Source of the DNA: Hemiscyllium ocellatum
Lineage: Eukaryota
Reading direction: 5' to 3'
Assembly (NCBI RefSeq): GCF_020745735.1
Contig: NC_083405.1
Coordinates: 37,662,345 to 37,726,344 of the forward strand
DNA: 64,000 nucleotides
Part shown: positions 1 to 12,820 of the stretch, in pieces
Position numbering within the stretch: the stretch's first letter is position 1
Layout of the letters: each line of letters starts with the position of its first letter
The notes under the pieces: generated by a model
The model's database searches: none
What the model was told of the DNA's origin: nothing
Seen by the model: only the letters and a program-made list of their open reading frames with translations
Position numbers and translations under genes: made by a program

Positions 1-50
1 AGTGAGTTGCCACAAGAGGGGTGTAGTCAACAGTAACAGGTTTGTCATTG

Positions 51-265
51 AGTCATAGAGACGTACAGCACGGAAACAGACCCTTCTGTCCAACTTGTAC
101 ATGCCGACCAGATATCCTAAATTAATCTAGGCCCATTTGCCGGCACATGGCCCTTACTGTTCTAAACTCTTCCATTCATCGACCAATCCAGATGCCTTTA
201 AATGTTGTAATTGTACCAGCCTCCACCACTTCCTCTGGCAGCTCATTCCATACATGCATCACCAT
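51..265 (-). mobile_element. CR1/HER1-type LINE 3' end fragment
   Basis: Reverse complement shows the CR1 ORF2 C-terminus (WNELPEEVV-type) and 3' UTR with a ctctatgactc tail; closely similar to copies at 4.7, 6.0, 21.7 and 42.9 kb. Confidence 0.85.
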
Positions 266-600
266 TTGGTGGATTTCCCAATATTTAAATGATGAAAATT
301 TCAGCTCATCCAATTCTGGATGTCAGGTTAGCAGTCTGATAATTAGCATGTTTCAGTTCACTGAGATAAAAATTCAAGCCCACTATTCCCAGAGTCATCA
401 CAGAAGTTAAAATTTCTTACAAGTACACGGAATCATCCAGTTTACCTGGCTTCTCAGCACAAGTTGACAGAAAACACATCCAAATTTATTTACTTCATAA
501 TAATTTCTATTTATTACAAATAAGTAGAATCTAGCTACAGATGAACAATTATGAACTCTTGGTATTTAACTTGACTAACTAAAATTTTATCCCCCGTATT

Positions 601-1095
601 GAGTCATTGAGTCATACAACATGGAAACAGACCCTTTGGTCCAACCAATCCAGGTTTAACATAATCCCAAACCAAACTATTCCCACCTGCCTGCTCATGG
701 CCCATGTCTTCCAACCCTTTCCTATTCATGTACTTACTTAATTGTCTTTTAGATGTTGTAATTGTACCTGCACCCACCACTTCCTCAGGAAGTTCATTCC
801 ACACACGAATCAACTCTGTGTAAAAAATTTGCCCCATGCTTTTTTCATCTCAGCTTAAAAATACGTGCCCTAGTCTTGGAATCCCTCACCCTAGGGAAAA
901 GACTTCAACAACTGACTATGTCTATACCCTTCATGATTTTATACACTTCTGCAAAGTTACGTCTTAACCTTTGATGCTCCAGTGAAAAAACGTTCCAGTC
1001 TATCCAGCCATTCTTTATAACTTAAACCTCCATACCCAGCAACATCCTGGTAAGTTGCTTCTGAACTCTCTCCATCTTAATAATATCCTTTCTGT
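601..1095 (-). mobile_element. CR1-type LINE 3' fragment
   Basis: ORF 604..837(-) RVWNELPEEVVGAGTITTSKRQLSKYMNRKG; 3' UTR hairpin ggaccaaagggtctgtttcc. Confidence 0.88.
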
Positions 1096-2470
1096 AAAGT
1101 CCCCCTTACACAGAGATACAGGCAGGCACAGATAGAGATAAGAGCATGGGTATTACGAATAGAGAGACAAACTGGGAATAAGGTTCAGTATTTGCTCACA
1201 GGATTTGCTGAGATGAATCTTGTGCTGATCAGAGCATTGTGTCTCGATCTTCCTTCCCTGGATGCCTTCAATAGCAGTGGTGATGGTACACACTTTTAAA
1301 ATGTCTCTGACCTATTAAATTAAAAGTCACAGCTTACAGCAATAGCTGAAGGAAAAATGCATTGGCTTAGCAGGTGAGGAGAAAAATCTTAGAAGCAATA
1401 TTTTTCTGTTGATGTTGCATTTGAAAAAGTCTGGATTTGAGAGTATAAGGAAAGACTGTTTATCTGGATAAGATATTTGGCAGTAGCTGACATAGCCTAT
1501 GGGATCATGTTCGATTATCTTTGATATCACTGTTCCCACCAAGAAAAGTGTTCCTTTGCACTAATTTTCCCATCAGGGAAAAGCTGAAAACATTGATTAT
1601 TCGTTCCATGGAGTTGGAGAAATAAAAGTGCACTGCCTGACCCAACAAAAACACTGCAGACCTATGGCCAACCAACCATACTCCTTCCCAGCACCACATT
1701 TCCCTGGACCATTTCCTCCCAGCTTCCCACGTCAGCATCTAGCTGCAGGCTCTGGGAGCAACATAGCTGAACAATATGAGTCATGTGAAAATGACGAGAG
1801 CTCGCCTCATTGATTCAATTCAGGCCAAAGCTTCAGAAATCACAACGGCCTATTTACTGCTGGAGCATTCAGCTACCTATACACCAGCCACAAAAATCTA
1901 AAATCATCAGCGAAAAAATTGTACAATTCATTGTTTTTAATTATGTGATCATTTACAACACACAAGTGAGCAATTAAATGGTGTTTCTGTGTTATTTTTT
2001 TTTTACCAGGACATGTATTTATTATTATTTTAAGTACAGGGCCATATTAATTGCCCAATTTGAGCTGTCTCTCACCTCCAGCAACATTTAACCACAACGT
2101 GCAAATTACCTTTTGGGAAGTGACCTTAAATTTATTTCTTTGATTACACCCTTAATTACTTGGGGTTTATTTTAGTTTTACTTTTTTTTAAGCCGTTCCT
2201 TTAGGCAAAAAATGCTGGGCTAGGATTTTTCCAATTATTAGCACCTGATATAAAAAAAACTATATCAAGAACAACACATACAGGATAAGACTCCATTTAT
2301 TCTGTGCGAATAACACTGTTCTCAGGGGATTCAAAACCTCAGCGGGTTGGACATTAGTTTTTCTGGATGATTATTAAACCTGAGGCTAAAGGACATTGTG
2401 CATGTTCTCAATATTTATACCAGAGGTTAGGATACAATTCCTGTTACTCTCCATCTCCCACCATGTTCTT

Positions 2471-2564
2471 TCACAATCTTATTGTCATTGTCAATCCCTC
2501 ACTAATGATGTGAAATCCCATGTCACTGCTCCTGGGTTCTGGCAGTTCTTGATTGGCTGATTAG
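2471..2564 (+). repeat. 94-bp direct repeat, copy 1 (left of RTE)
   Basis: tcacaatctt...gattggctgattag matches 4093-4186 with 5 mismatches. Confidence 0.95.
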
Positions 2565-4030
2565 CCCAATCCCGGAGGGACACTTTGACCATACATTTGG
2601 CGGTGTTTCTGGGAGGTGGAATTGGTCCTTGGCTTTGAGATCATTGGCTTTCCTTTCTCTGGCTCATTTCTATACTTCTATTTGCCGATGGGTACTCTCA
2701 AAGAATTATGTCCCTTCGTACAGGAGGTTCCTCCAAGTCAGATTTGTTCTGAATGAGGGTCTCCCACACGTTGAGATCTTTGTTGGATTTTTTGAGGGAA
2801 ACCTTCAGGGAATTTTTGAAATGCTTCCTTTGTCCTCCTCCCATTCAAATGCCTTGAGATGGGTGAAGATGATTCGCTTTGGTAGTCAGAACTCAGACAT
2901 TGTAACCAAGATTAGTTTTGGATGATCACGGCCTTGATATTTGTGCTTCAAAGACATTGATATCAGTACTCCTGTCCTCCCAGCTGAAGTGGAGAAACTG
3001 TCTCAACTAATGGTACTTCACCAGGCCTTGAGGGGCATCTACACAAAGTCCAAGTTTCAGAGCCATATTGAAGAGTCAGAAGAACTTCTGCCTTATACTC
3101 AAGGATCTTGCTACTTGCACATATGTCATAGTCATTGAAGAGTCTCATCCTTAGGCATCGAAAGTTAGCACTCACAACTTGGATCGATGCTGAATCTCTG
3201 CGCTTTATCAGCCTCCAGGCAGTGGAAATGTCCAAGTTTGAAAAGATTTCTCTGTTGATCTTAATAGAAGGATGGACCGGAACCTGACCTGAGATGAGTC
3301 GGTAAAGGATTTGAGTCTTCTGAAAGTTAAGGCTGAGACCAAGTTTTCACGAAACTTCCTCTTATCCATTAAGTGAGGCTTGAAGGTTCTCTTCCAAGAG
3401 AGCAGCGATGACATTGTTATCTGCATATTGAAGTTTCACAAGCAAGGTTGGTGTCGTTTTCTTCTTGGATTTAACCCAGACAACATTGAAATGTTTTCCA
3501 TCCGTCCTGTAGACAATATCCACATCACTGGGAATCTTGTTCTTGAGAAGATGGTAGCAATAGTGGTGGAGGAAAGGATGGGGACAATGACATCTATGCT
3601 TGACCCCTGTCTTGACCTGAAAGGATTCTGCCATGTTACCATCAGTGAGAACCGTTGCTGACATCTTGCCGTGGAGAGGGTAGAGGATATTGTTGATTTT
3701 CAATGGACAACCAGCCTTTGACATGTTCTTCCACAGAAATTTATGATTGACTGAGTCAGAAGCCTTGGTCAGGTCGATGAAAGCCATACAGAGTGTTGTT
3801 CCTGGTATTTCTCTTGGAGTTGCTAAGCAGTGAAAGTCATCTCCACAGTTCCACGATTTGGTCGAAACCACACTGGCTTTTTGGAAAGGTTTCCTCAGAG
3901 ACTGAGAGAAAGTGCCCAGTGAGGATTCGGATGATGATCTTCCCGCTGATGGAGAGTAGAGTGATGTGGAGCTGCTGAGGTGCAGGGAAGGGTATCTCAG
4001 TTGCTTCATGAGGAAGTAGGACTAACACAA
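2565..4030 (-). mobile_element. RTE-clade LINE, 5'-truncated and degenerate RT
   Basis: ORFs 3837..4034, 3362..4009 and 2963..3235(-): FPKSQCGF, AFIDLTKASDSVNH, FQVKTGVKH, LQYADNN, LLTLQYGSETWTL, all RTE RT motifs; frameshifted. Confidence 0.9.
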
Positions 4031-4092
4031 ACAACAGAAGAAACTGCCAGATAAGTTTTATTCAGTTCTCAGTTTGCTTAGCTACATAAAGA

Positions 4093-4186
4093 TCACAATC
4101 TTGTTGTCATTGTCAGTCACTCACTAATGATGTGAAATTCCATGTCACTGCTCCTGAGTTCTGGCAGTTCTTGATTGGCTGATTAG
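4093..4186 (+). repeat. 94-bp direct repeat, copy 2 (right of RTE)
   Basis: Matches 2471-2564 at about 95% identity. Confidence 0.95.
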
Positions 4187-4682
4187 TTCTTGATCACTGT
4201 CATTAATAAGGTTCAGAAGATTTTTGTTCTATTTCTTCAGTGTTCTGTTTTGAAAGGCTAGGCCATCATTTAATATAACAGAGAGATGTCTTCAGCTGGC
4301 AATCACTATGATCTAGCACTTCTGAACATTTCTACAACAAAGAAGCATTTTCTCAATCAAAACATTTTGTTCTTCCATCATTTTGATGCAACAGTATTCA
4401 AGTACACGTATCTGAGTAGAAACCTTTAACAAATCTCCTGTAAACTTCTCATACATAGCCTGCAAGGATCAATTGCACTGATTGGTTGCTGGACCTTTTC
4501 ATCTGTAGTTAATTCTGTCAACTCATCCTGAGGTGTTCTAACATTCAACCTTGAACTTCATAAAGATGCTTCCAAGAGCTCAATCATCTGAACTTCAAAG
4601 CTTTGACTGAAACAACCCTTTGGTGCTCCCATGACTTGCTGATGGGTTTCTCTTCCAGCCTCTGGCTGTCAGCTATTCATGG

Positions 4683-5566
4683 AGTCACAGAGGCATAGAG
4701 ATATACAGCGCAGAACCAGACCTTTCGGTCCAACTATTCAATGCCGAACAGATATCCTAAATTAATCTCGTCCCATTTGCCAGCATTTGGCCCATATCCC
4801 TCTGAACCCTTCCTATTCATATACCCTTTCAGGTACCGTTTAAATGTTGCAATTGTATCAGCCTCCACCACTTCCTCTGGCAGCTCATTCCATACACGTA
4901 CCACCCTTTGCATTAAAAAGTTGCCCCTTAGGTCCCTTTTCAATCTTTCCCCTCTCACCGTAAACCTATACCCTCGAGTTTTAGACTCCCCCACCCCAGA
5001 GAAACGACCTTGGCTATTTACTCAATCCCCTAAAATCTTGCCCCTCATGATTTATAAACCTCTATTAGGTGACCCTTCAGCCTCTCATGCTCCGGGGAAA
5101 ACAGCCCCAACCTCTTCAGCCTCTCCTTAAAGCTCAAATCCTTCAACCCTGGCAACATTTTGTAAATCTTTTCTGAACCTTTTAAAGTTTCATAACATTC
5201 TTCCTATAGCAGGGAGACGAGAATTGCTTGCAGTGTTCCTGTAGTGGCCTAACTAATGTCCTACACAACCGCAACATGACCTCACAACTCCTATACTCAA
5301 AGCACTGACTAATAAAGGCAAGCATACCAAAACACCTTCTTCACTATCTGATTGAACTGGGATTCCACTTTCAAAGAACAATGAACCAGCACTCCCTGAC
5401 CTCTTTGTTCAGCAACACTCCCCAGGACCTTACCATTAAATGTATAAGTCCTGCCCTGATTTGCCTTTCCAAAGTGCAGCACCTCACATTTATATAAATT
5501 AAACCCCATCTGCCATTCTTCGGCCCATTGGCCCACCTGACCAAGATCCCATTGTACTCTGAGGTA
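4683..5566 (-). mobile_element. CR1-type LINE 3' fragment
   Basis: ORFs 4734..4994 and 5309..5659(-): WAEEWQMGFNLYKCEVLHFGKAN, RVVRVWNELPEEVV. Confidence 0.92.
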
Positions 5567-5805
5567 ACCCGGGTTCAATTCCCGACTCAGGCGACTGACT
5601 GTGTGGAGTTTGCACATTCTCCCCATGGGTTTCCTCTGGGTGCTCCGTTTTCCTCCCACAATCCAAAGATGTGCAGGTCAGGGGAATTGGTTATGCTAAA
5701 TTGCCCGTAGTGTTAGGTAAAGGAGGGAATGGGTGGATTGTGCTTCGGTGGGTCTGTGTGGACTTTTTGGGCCGAAGGGCCTGTTTCCACACTGTAAGTA
5801 ATCTA
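5567..5805 (+). mobile_element. HE1-type V-SINE, 5'-truncated at the B box
   Basis: gggttcaattccc, V-domain tgtgtggagtttgcacattctcccc, CR1-like tail gggcctgtttccacactgtaagtaatcta. Confidence 0.9.
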
Positions 5806-6028
5806 AAAAAAATATGAATATGATACTCTTTGGGTATGAGGATTACTTTCCTGTGCCTAATTTCCTATGAGCTCCTTGAAATTGTTAAGTTTCTTCCTGC
5901 TGGACTGTTTTCTGAGGATTGAAATATTTTTCTCTCAATGTGTCAAATTCATCTGAATGATCTCTGTTGATATGATCCTACATGCTGGTACTACTGGATA
6001 AGTCAAATTCCAGACTGAAATCTGGCTT

Positions 6029-6462
6029 AGAGTCATAGGGAAACAGGAACACGGAAACAGACCCTTTGGTCCAACTCGTCCATGCCAACCAGATATCCTA
6101 AATTAATCTAGTCCCATTTGCCAGCATTTGGCCCATATCCCTCTAAACCTATTTATCTTCACATCCAGATGCCGTTTAAATGTTGTAATTGTATCAGTCT
6201 CCACCACTTCCTCTGAGAGTTCATTCCATACACACATCATCTGCTGCGTGAAAAAGTTGCTCCTTAGCTGCTTTTTAAAATTTCTTCCCTCTCAACCTAA
6301 ACGCATGCCCTCTAGTTCTGCAGTCCCCCACACTGGGGAAAATACCTTGTCTATTTGCCCTAGCAATACCCTTCATGATTTTATAAACCTCTATAAGGTC
6401 ACCGCTCAGCCTCCAATGTTCCAGGGATCACAATCCCAGCCTATTCAGTTTCTCCTTCTAGC
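6029..6462 (-). mobile_element. CR1-type LINE 3' fragment
   Basis: Same 3' UTR and ORF2 end as the 4683 copy. Confidence 0.88.
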
Positions 6463-6492
6463 TTGATTGACCATAAGTCCTACTTTTCTAAT

Positions 6493-6769
6493 TTAGATTA
6501 GATTCCCTCCAGTGTGGAAACAGGCCCTTCGGCCCAACAAGTCCACACCGAATCTCCGAAGAGTAACCCACCAGCCCTCTGACTAATGCACCTAACAACT
6601 ATGGACAATTCACCTGACCTGCACATCTTTGGACTGTGGGAGGAAACCGGAGTTCCCGGAGGAAACCCACGCAGACACAGGGAGAATATACAAACTCCAC
6701 ACAGAATCGAACCTGGGATCCTGACGCTGTGAGGCAGCAGTGCTAACCACTGAGCCATTGTGCCGTCCC
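6493..6769 (-). mobile_element. HE1-type V-SINE
   Basis: tRNA-like head (tggctcagtggttagca), V-domain and (atcta)n tail on the minus strand. Confidence 0.9.
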
Positions 6770-7137
6770 ATGGTGGTCAGTCACTGAACATATTTGCAAG
6801 AGTTTGCCAATGTACATTTTTCAAAAAAAGCACTTATGATTAAACAAATAAAAATGCAAGTGAAAATTTATAAACCTCATTTGTTTCAGACAGTTTATAA
6901 TATCTTATCAGAAACAGCAAATAGAGAAGTTCAGTCCTTTTCCCTAGGAATATCCAACACAAAACATTCAAGCCCAGTGAAGTATCACTCCTTTCTTCAC
7001 TTGAAAATTTCTTTTCAACTGACAAGAGCGTCCTTTTCGGCATATTTCAGCACATTCTCAAAGACACTTACTGCATTTTCTCACTGAATGTAAAGAAAAA
7101 TCCTGAAGGCTTTTACTATTTTCAGTCTGTGTATTAG

Positions 7138-7529
7138 CACATGGATCTTTTCTTCTGAACGGTATTTGATTCTGACCTCTGGTCTCTCTTTTCCTCTAGA
7201 TCGTAAAAGCTCAACCTAGGAAAGACTTCAGCAATTACCTCGCTAGATATCATCGCTAGTCATTTAGCTGAAATCACATTGTTGCTTGGAAACACTGCTT
7301 CATAGCTATTTTTAAAAAAATGAGTTTCTGACCCTAAAAAGAAGTCACTTCACAAAACTGAAAACCTATTTATCTCTTCTTGAGAATCTAAGTTCCAAAA
7401 TAATAATGAAATATTAGAAGCCTTCATCACAGTGTGTAAAACTGGCTTCTGCCTTTCTGATGTCACAGACTCTGGGGTCAATATACCAGCTAGAGAAATT
7501 TCTAAAGCTCTAGTGGTTGTTATTACTGC
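7138..7529 (-). pseudogene. Decayed coding sequence, unique and helix-rich; tentatively FSIP2-like
   Basis: About 130 codons with only 2 internal stops in AT-rich DNA (...NSYEAVFPSNNVISAK*LAMISSEVIAEVFPRLSFYDLEEKRDQ...); nearby ENAVSVFENVLKYAEKD at 7080-7030; identity is inference. Confidence 0.35.
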
Positions 7530-8270
7530 TTAAACGAGTATACAGTTACTTCCTTACTTCCTAACAGTGATTTAGTCATCACCTTGAGAGGAAGTTCTCC
7601 ACCTAGCTATGGCGACAGTTACTGTTTCAGTGTTGTCATGCCAGAATTTACAATAAGTATAAACTTTTACTTCTACTTTATCTCCTTCAAGAAAGGACTG
7701 ATTCTGCTCCGATCTGGGTTCTCACTCTTCAGTGAGATCTGGGTGCAATCCAACTTGAATCACTCTCTCTGTCTCTCTCCAGCACTGATAAAAGGTTTGC
7801 AATCTTATTTGCTGTGTCTTTTTGTTTAATTCTGTTGATACTTAATAGTTTTGTCACCGAGATCAGATAAAAAGTTTTCAGTTCTGTCTCATTAGTATAT
7901 TTATTTTTTCAGCATTAGGTCAAGGAAAATGCACAGCCATTCTGACTCACCCAGCAATTTAAAAAGGCAATCTGAGCTATTTTAACTCATCCCTTTTTAA
8001 AAAATAAATGTCTTGGCTCTCTTACATCTAAAAAAAACACTTAATTTCAGCTGGCCACTTCTGACAACATGCTTTAAGTAATGTGTTCAATGTCTTCCAC
8101 AAACTAAAGTGAAAACAGGTTACAGCAGAGGTAGAGGTTACTTGACTATGGCAAGCCATTTAGAACAATACATACAATTGCATTTTTTTAATCCACTGAA
8201 AGAATCGGTGGCTGTTTTTTAGAGTACAATATTTCTTTTTGTAACCTTGATTAATTCCATATCTTCCAAT

Positions 8271-8495
8271 GGGGAATTGGTTTAGTTCAGTTGGTTGGAT
8301 TGTTGGATTAGAGAGCAGTGTGATGCCAACAGTGTGGGTCCAATTCCCATCACTGGTTTGAGGCTTCCATGAAGGACTCTCCTTCTCAACTTAGTCCCTC
8401 GCCTGAGGTCTGGTGGCCCTTAGGTTAAATCACCACCAGTCGCTTCTCTCTCATAAGAGAGCAATCCCGATGGTCTGGCAAGACAATGGTGACAG
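8271..8495 (+). mobile_element. Old tRNA-derived SINE (family also at 36.1 and 58.3 kb)
   Basis: tagttcagttgg A-box-like and ggtccaattccc B-box-like motifs; body tccttctcaact..ccctc..gagg..tggt..ccct shared by three copies. Confidence 0.7.
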
Positions 8496-9354
8496 AACAT
8501 TTTCCAATGTGACAATAATCAAGAGAGTCCATGTCAGCAAAGTAACAAAGCCAGAAAGCTAAGGGCGGTGAGCTGCTTTATTGCCTTTTAAAGCACATGC
8601 TCTTCTTTCCCATTCTTCAACAATAGCATCAGTTGCACTTGACTGCTTCTAATGTGTTTGCCTCTGTTACTCCACCAGGCAGATGCTTCCCACATTTATC
8701 GCTCTTTACTTTAAAAATATCTTCCTAATATCTGCTTAAATGCACTTTACGTTTTCTCATCAACTGTTTTCACCTTTCCAAGTTCTTCACCTGCCTCACA
8801 ATGACTACTTCACACCTGCAAAGCATATTTGTAAAATTGGTACGTTAACATTGTTGTGCTAAACTGTCATCACCATTATTTGTTGGGCATGGCATGCAGA
8901 ATTTATGATTCACTCAAACAGATTCATGTGGATAGCACAGATTTAGTGCTTTCCCCTCATTAGTGGTGGGCTGAATGGCCACTGCATTGTCTGCTACATT
9001 GCCTGTTTCTTCTGAGCTCTGTGGGAGAGTTGGCTCTCCACATCATAGGATCATCATCTGTAGCAGAGCCTCTGGAAGCCAACACCACTGGAAACATTGG
9101 GGATGAAGTTACGTTGCTGTCTTAGGCCCCTCAGGCTGCTTTTTGGCATGGACCTCCTTCTTTCCAACTCACCTCCTAAGCCTCTCCACCTGATGTCCTG
9201 TTTTTAGAACCTCAGGTAGAGCTCTCTAGCCAGCCCCAGTAACCCAAACAGGAGCACAAAGAGAAACAGCACAGAAACTGATAAAGAAGCACTCTCACTT
9301 GCTCTGATGCTCGCAACCATCATCTCAGAATATTGGAGGCAAGTACAGAGTACA

Positions 9355-9470
9355 AAACTCTGCTCCAAAGAGTCACATGAGAGTTGAAACATTAACTCCA
9401 TTTCTCTCTCCGTCTCTCCATAGATCCAGCTGGTCTGCTAAGTTTCTCCAGTACTTTCTGTTTTTAGTGG
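9355..9470 (+). mobile_element. Penelope-type terminal repeat remnant
   Basis: gaaacattaact...ctccatagat..ctg.tctgctaagtttctccag..tttctgttt, homologous to 55.9 kb and 24.05 kb copies. Confidence 0.55.
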
Positions 9471-9560
9471 AAATACATGTGGTGAGGCACTGGACACAAC
9501 TAAATAATAGCTGGGCCAGGGAGAAAGGATGGTTGTGGGCCCGCTCACCAGAGTATGAGG

Positions 9561-9810
9561 TCACAGAGTCATTCAGCATTCAATCAGGCCTTTCAGCCCA
9601 CCATGTCCACACTGACCACCAAACACCAAACTATGCCAAGTCCATTTACCTTCACTAGGTCCAGAGCCCCCTATGCCCTAGCATTTTAAGTGCTCATCCA
9701 AATGCTTCTTAAATATTGCAAGAGTACATGCCTCCACCACCCTCTCAGGCAGCACCTTTCACATTTCTACAACCCTCTGGGTGAGAAAGGTTTTCTCAGA
9801 TCTCCTCCAA
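9561..9810 (-). mobile_element. Old CR1 3' fragment
   Basis: gcctccaccaccctctcaggcagc and caaccctctgggtgagaaag are the reverse complement of the CR1 ORF2 end. Confidence 0.7.
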
Positions 9811-10328
9811 ACCACTGGCACCTCACATTACACCTACCTCCTCTTATCTAAGACATCTCTGGCATGGAGAAGAGATTCTCACAGACACATTCTGATACAG
9901 GAGACTCCAGTAAGGGGCTCAGGGGTGCAGCAAACAAGAATACTGCAATGGGCAGGCACACCAACATGCTGGTGCACTGATTGACCTGCCAGGCAGCCTC
10001 CTGTCACTCTCAAGGAAGGAGGAGGAGACTGGTTCTGACAGCAGACAGTAACAGCCAGAGTTGTGCTGCAGACTCAGGGGAACTGCATTTCCAGCCCCCC
10101 TATCTATGGTGATCATTCCAAACAACTACATTTGTTTGGAATGATCACCAGGAAAGGTAGCAGCCTTCTGTGCCAAACACAGGAACTAAAACATCTCCAG
10201 AAACTTTCTACGCAACTTCCAGAGAATTTTAATTAGTAAAGTTCTTCAAATTTGCTTTATGTTAAAGTAGAGGTTAATACTTTCAATGACATCAATAGTA
10301 GGGCCCTCTTGCAGTTAAATATGTAATG

Positions 10329-10987
10329 TTTGGTGAACATTACCTGATGAAGTCTCAATCGGCACAAGACTATTATAGTAACACTTTAAGGCACATCCCA
10401 ACTGGAATATTGAAAGATTTACAACCTTTCATGTGAAGAATGTTTTCATTTCAATCTTGATTGATTGACCCCTTATACTGTCAGTTCACTCAAAACTGAC
10501 CACAAATACCCAGAGACATTATGGTCATTTTAAACTTTGAAATAATCTTTGCCATACATTCTTTCCTTGTAAACTCTGAATGTACTAAAATATAATGCAA
10601 TCAACACTTTCAAAACATTCATAAATAACTGAAGTACAAGCCAAAAAGGTTAATACTGTTTATAAGGTCAATAGCTAATTTACCAAATCTTGCAGCAGGT
10701 AAGCATTTCCTACGGATATTTAATTGTAACAATACTCCAGAGGCAAATAATAATTTCAAAACATGGAATTAAGGTTATATTCAGTCTAAATTTAGCAAAG
10801 TGTAAATTTAATATGTTACTTATTACTGAACTTGGTAATCAATGTGGAAATCAAACATCTCGTCACACACTGTTCCCCTGCCCCTGCTACCCTATATTTT
10901 TGTTTGGGTGTGCCTTAAAGAGTTGTTAATACAATAGTCTTGTGTCGATTGAGACTTCATTAGCTAACATCTACTTTGTTCACCAAA
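10329..10987. repeat. Imperfect inverted repeat: arms 10329-10400 and 10905-10987
   Basis: Reverse complement of arm 1 (gggatgtgccttaaagtgtt..aatagtcttgtgccgattgagacttcatcag..tgttcaccaaa) aligns with arm 2 (gggtgtgccttaaagagtt..aatagtcttgtgtcgattgagacttcattag..tgttcaccaaa). Confidence 0.85.
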
Positions 10988-11160
10988 GATTAATTGTGCA
11001 AATTTATTTGAGCTATTAACATTCAATAATAGACTTTACTTGCGCAGTTGGTAATTTTAACCAATTGGTCATAAATCTCAAAATCATTTGCAACATGCAC
11101 TGTAGAAGTTATTAAACCAAGGATATCACTAGACATTTCACATGCCAACATATAGCAGCA

Positions 11161-11810
11161 AGTATTCCTCAAAGCATCAGCCTTGGTTGAATCATATTCA
11201 GCAGCTTCATCAATAACCTTCAGTCAGCTCAGAACAGGACCTTTGCTGATGATTGAACAATGCTCAATCTTACTGGCAACATTTCAGGTAATTAAGCAAT
11301 TTGTGTTCACATAGAGCAAGGCCCTGGTCAGGTTCCAGCTGACAATCAGTAAATAACATTCGAGCCACTTAAGTGCCAGGCAATGACCATCTCCAAATGG
11401 AGAAAATCTGTGCCTTAAGATTCATTGGCATCCATATATCAAATTCCCATCAATATCAACATTGTTGACCAGAAGTTGAGCTGCACCATCCATGTAAATC
11501 CTGTGGCCAGAACAACAGGTCAGAGGCTGGAAAATCTTCGTTGTGTAACTCGTGAGTAATATTGTCCACCAATGAAAAGGGCTGAAAAATGCCTGCCTCT
11601 TCCTCAGATATGTGGAACAGTCCATCTACCGCAGCTACATGGCACCACCCTCCACCTTTTCTTCCACTATTCGCTACCACCCACCATTGAAAAGACACAA
11701 ATTGGAAGTGTGATCCAATTGACTGGCGCTCCAAAACAATAAATAACCTTGACACAGTCCAAAATAAAGCAACCACTTAATGGGCACTCCATCAGCCACT
11801 TTAAATAATG
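11161..11810 (+). mobile_element. Ancient CR1/L2-group LINE RT fragment
   Basis: Degenerate IPQ..LG..IFSSFINNL, FADD (tttgctgatgat), KCQAMTIS; related minus-strand pieces at about 38750-38890 and 39020-39135. Confidence 0.65.
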
Positions 11811-12224
11811 TTTTTGATGAAGAATTGACAACATTCCCCATTATTATCCCTCAGAATCCAGCTGCAACTTCACAGCTTTACATAAAAATCCTGAATTTAG
11901 GCATCGTCATTTACTTAGCCACCATATGCTGTACTTTGAACTACCACTTCACTAATCCCCCAACATGAGTATCTACTCCTTCCATAATGACTACTCCCTC
12001 CAGACCAACGACTCCACTGTTTGACCCAACAACCCATTTTTAAACCATAACCTCACTGTATAGCCCCTTATTCCTATTACTTATACTTGTTGCACCATTC
12101 ACTTAACTATCTACTCACCCACCCACACACGATTCACTCATACGCTTCACTGAAAGCCTTTGCTGTCTTTAGAAACTTACCTGAATATGCCAATTGATTT
12201 TGTAACAAGTTGATGTTTCCTCGA

Positions 12225-12820
12225 TCTGCATAGGACATGGAGTTCCTAGGCCTCCTTCACCACCGCTCCCTCACCACCCGACGCCTTGAGGAAGAACTCC
12301 TCATCTTCAACCCCAGGGCATCAATGTGGACTTCAACAGTTTCCTCATTTCCCCTTCCCCCACCTCACCTCAGTTCCAAACTTCCAGCTCAGCACTGTCC
12401 CCATGACTTGCCCTACCTGCCTATCTTCCTTTCCATCTATCCACTCCACCCTCTTCCCTGACCTATCCCCTCCCCCACTCACCAAAGATTAATTGTGCAA
12501 ATTTATTTGAGCTATTAACATTCAATAATGGACTTTACTTGCGCAGTTGGTAATTCTAACCAATTGGTCATAAATCTCAAAATCATTTGCAACATGCACT
12601 GTAGAAGTTATTAAGACAAGGATGTCACTAGACATTTCTAGCATAGACTCTATGCTACTTTCTCCCCACCCCCACCCTCCTCCCATTTATTTCTCCATCC
12701 TTCAGGCACTCTGCCTGTATTCCTGATGAAGGGCTTTTGCGTGAAACATCGATTTTACTGCTCCTCGGATGCTGCCTGAACTGCTGTGCTTTTCCAACAC
12801 CTCTAATCCAGATTCTCTTC
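12225..12820 (+). mobile_element. Penelope-like element 3' part, interrupted by a 160-bp insertion (12479-12638)
   Basis: ORF 12237 LGLLHHRSLTTRRLEEELLIF matches the C-terminus of the 61.8 kb Penelope ORF; pLTR with hammerhead core at 12723-12750. Confidence 0.88.
12479..12638 (+). repeat. 160-bp copy of 10980-11139
   Basis: tcaccaaagattaattgtg...cactagacatttc present at both sites, 5 mismatches. Confidence 0.95.

Noticed and set aside
420-1310. LTR-like sequence split by the CR1 at 601-1095
   Set aside because: Composition is suggestive, but no TG...CA ends, PBS or second copy could be defined.
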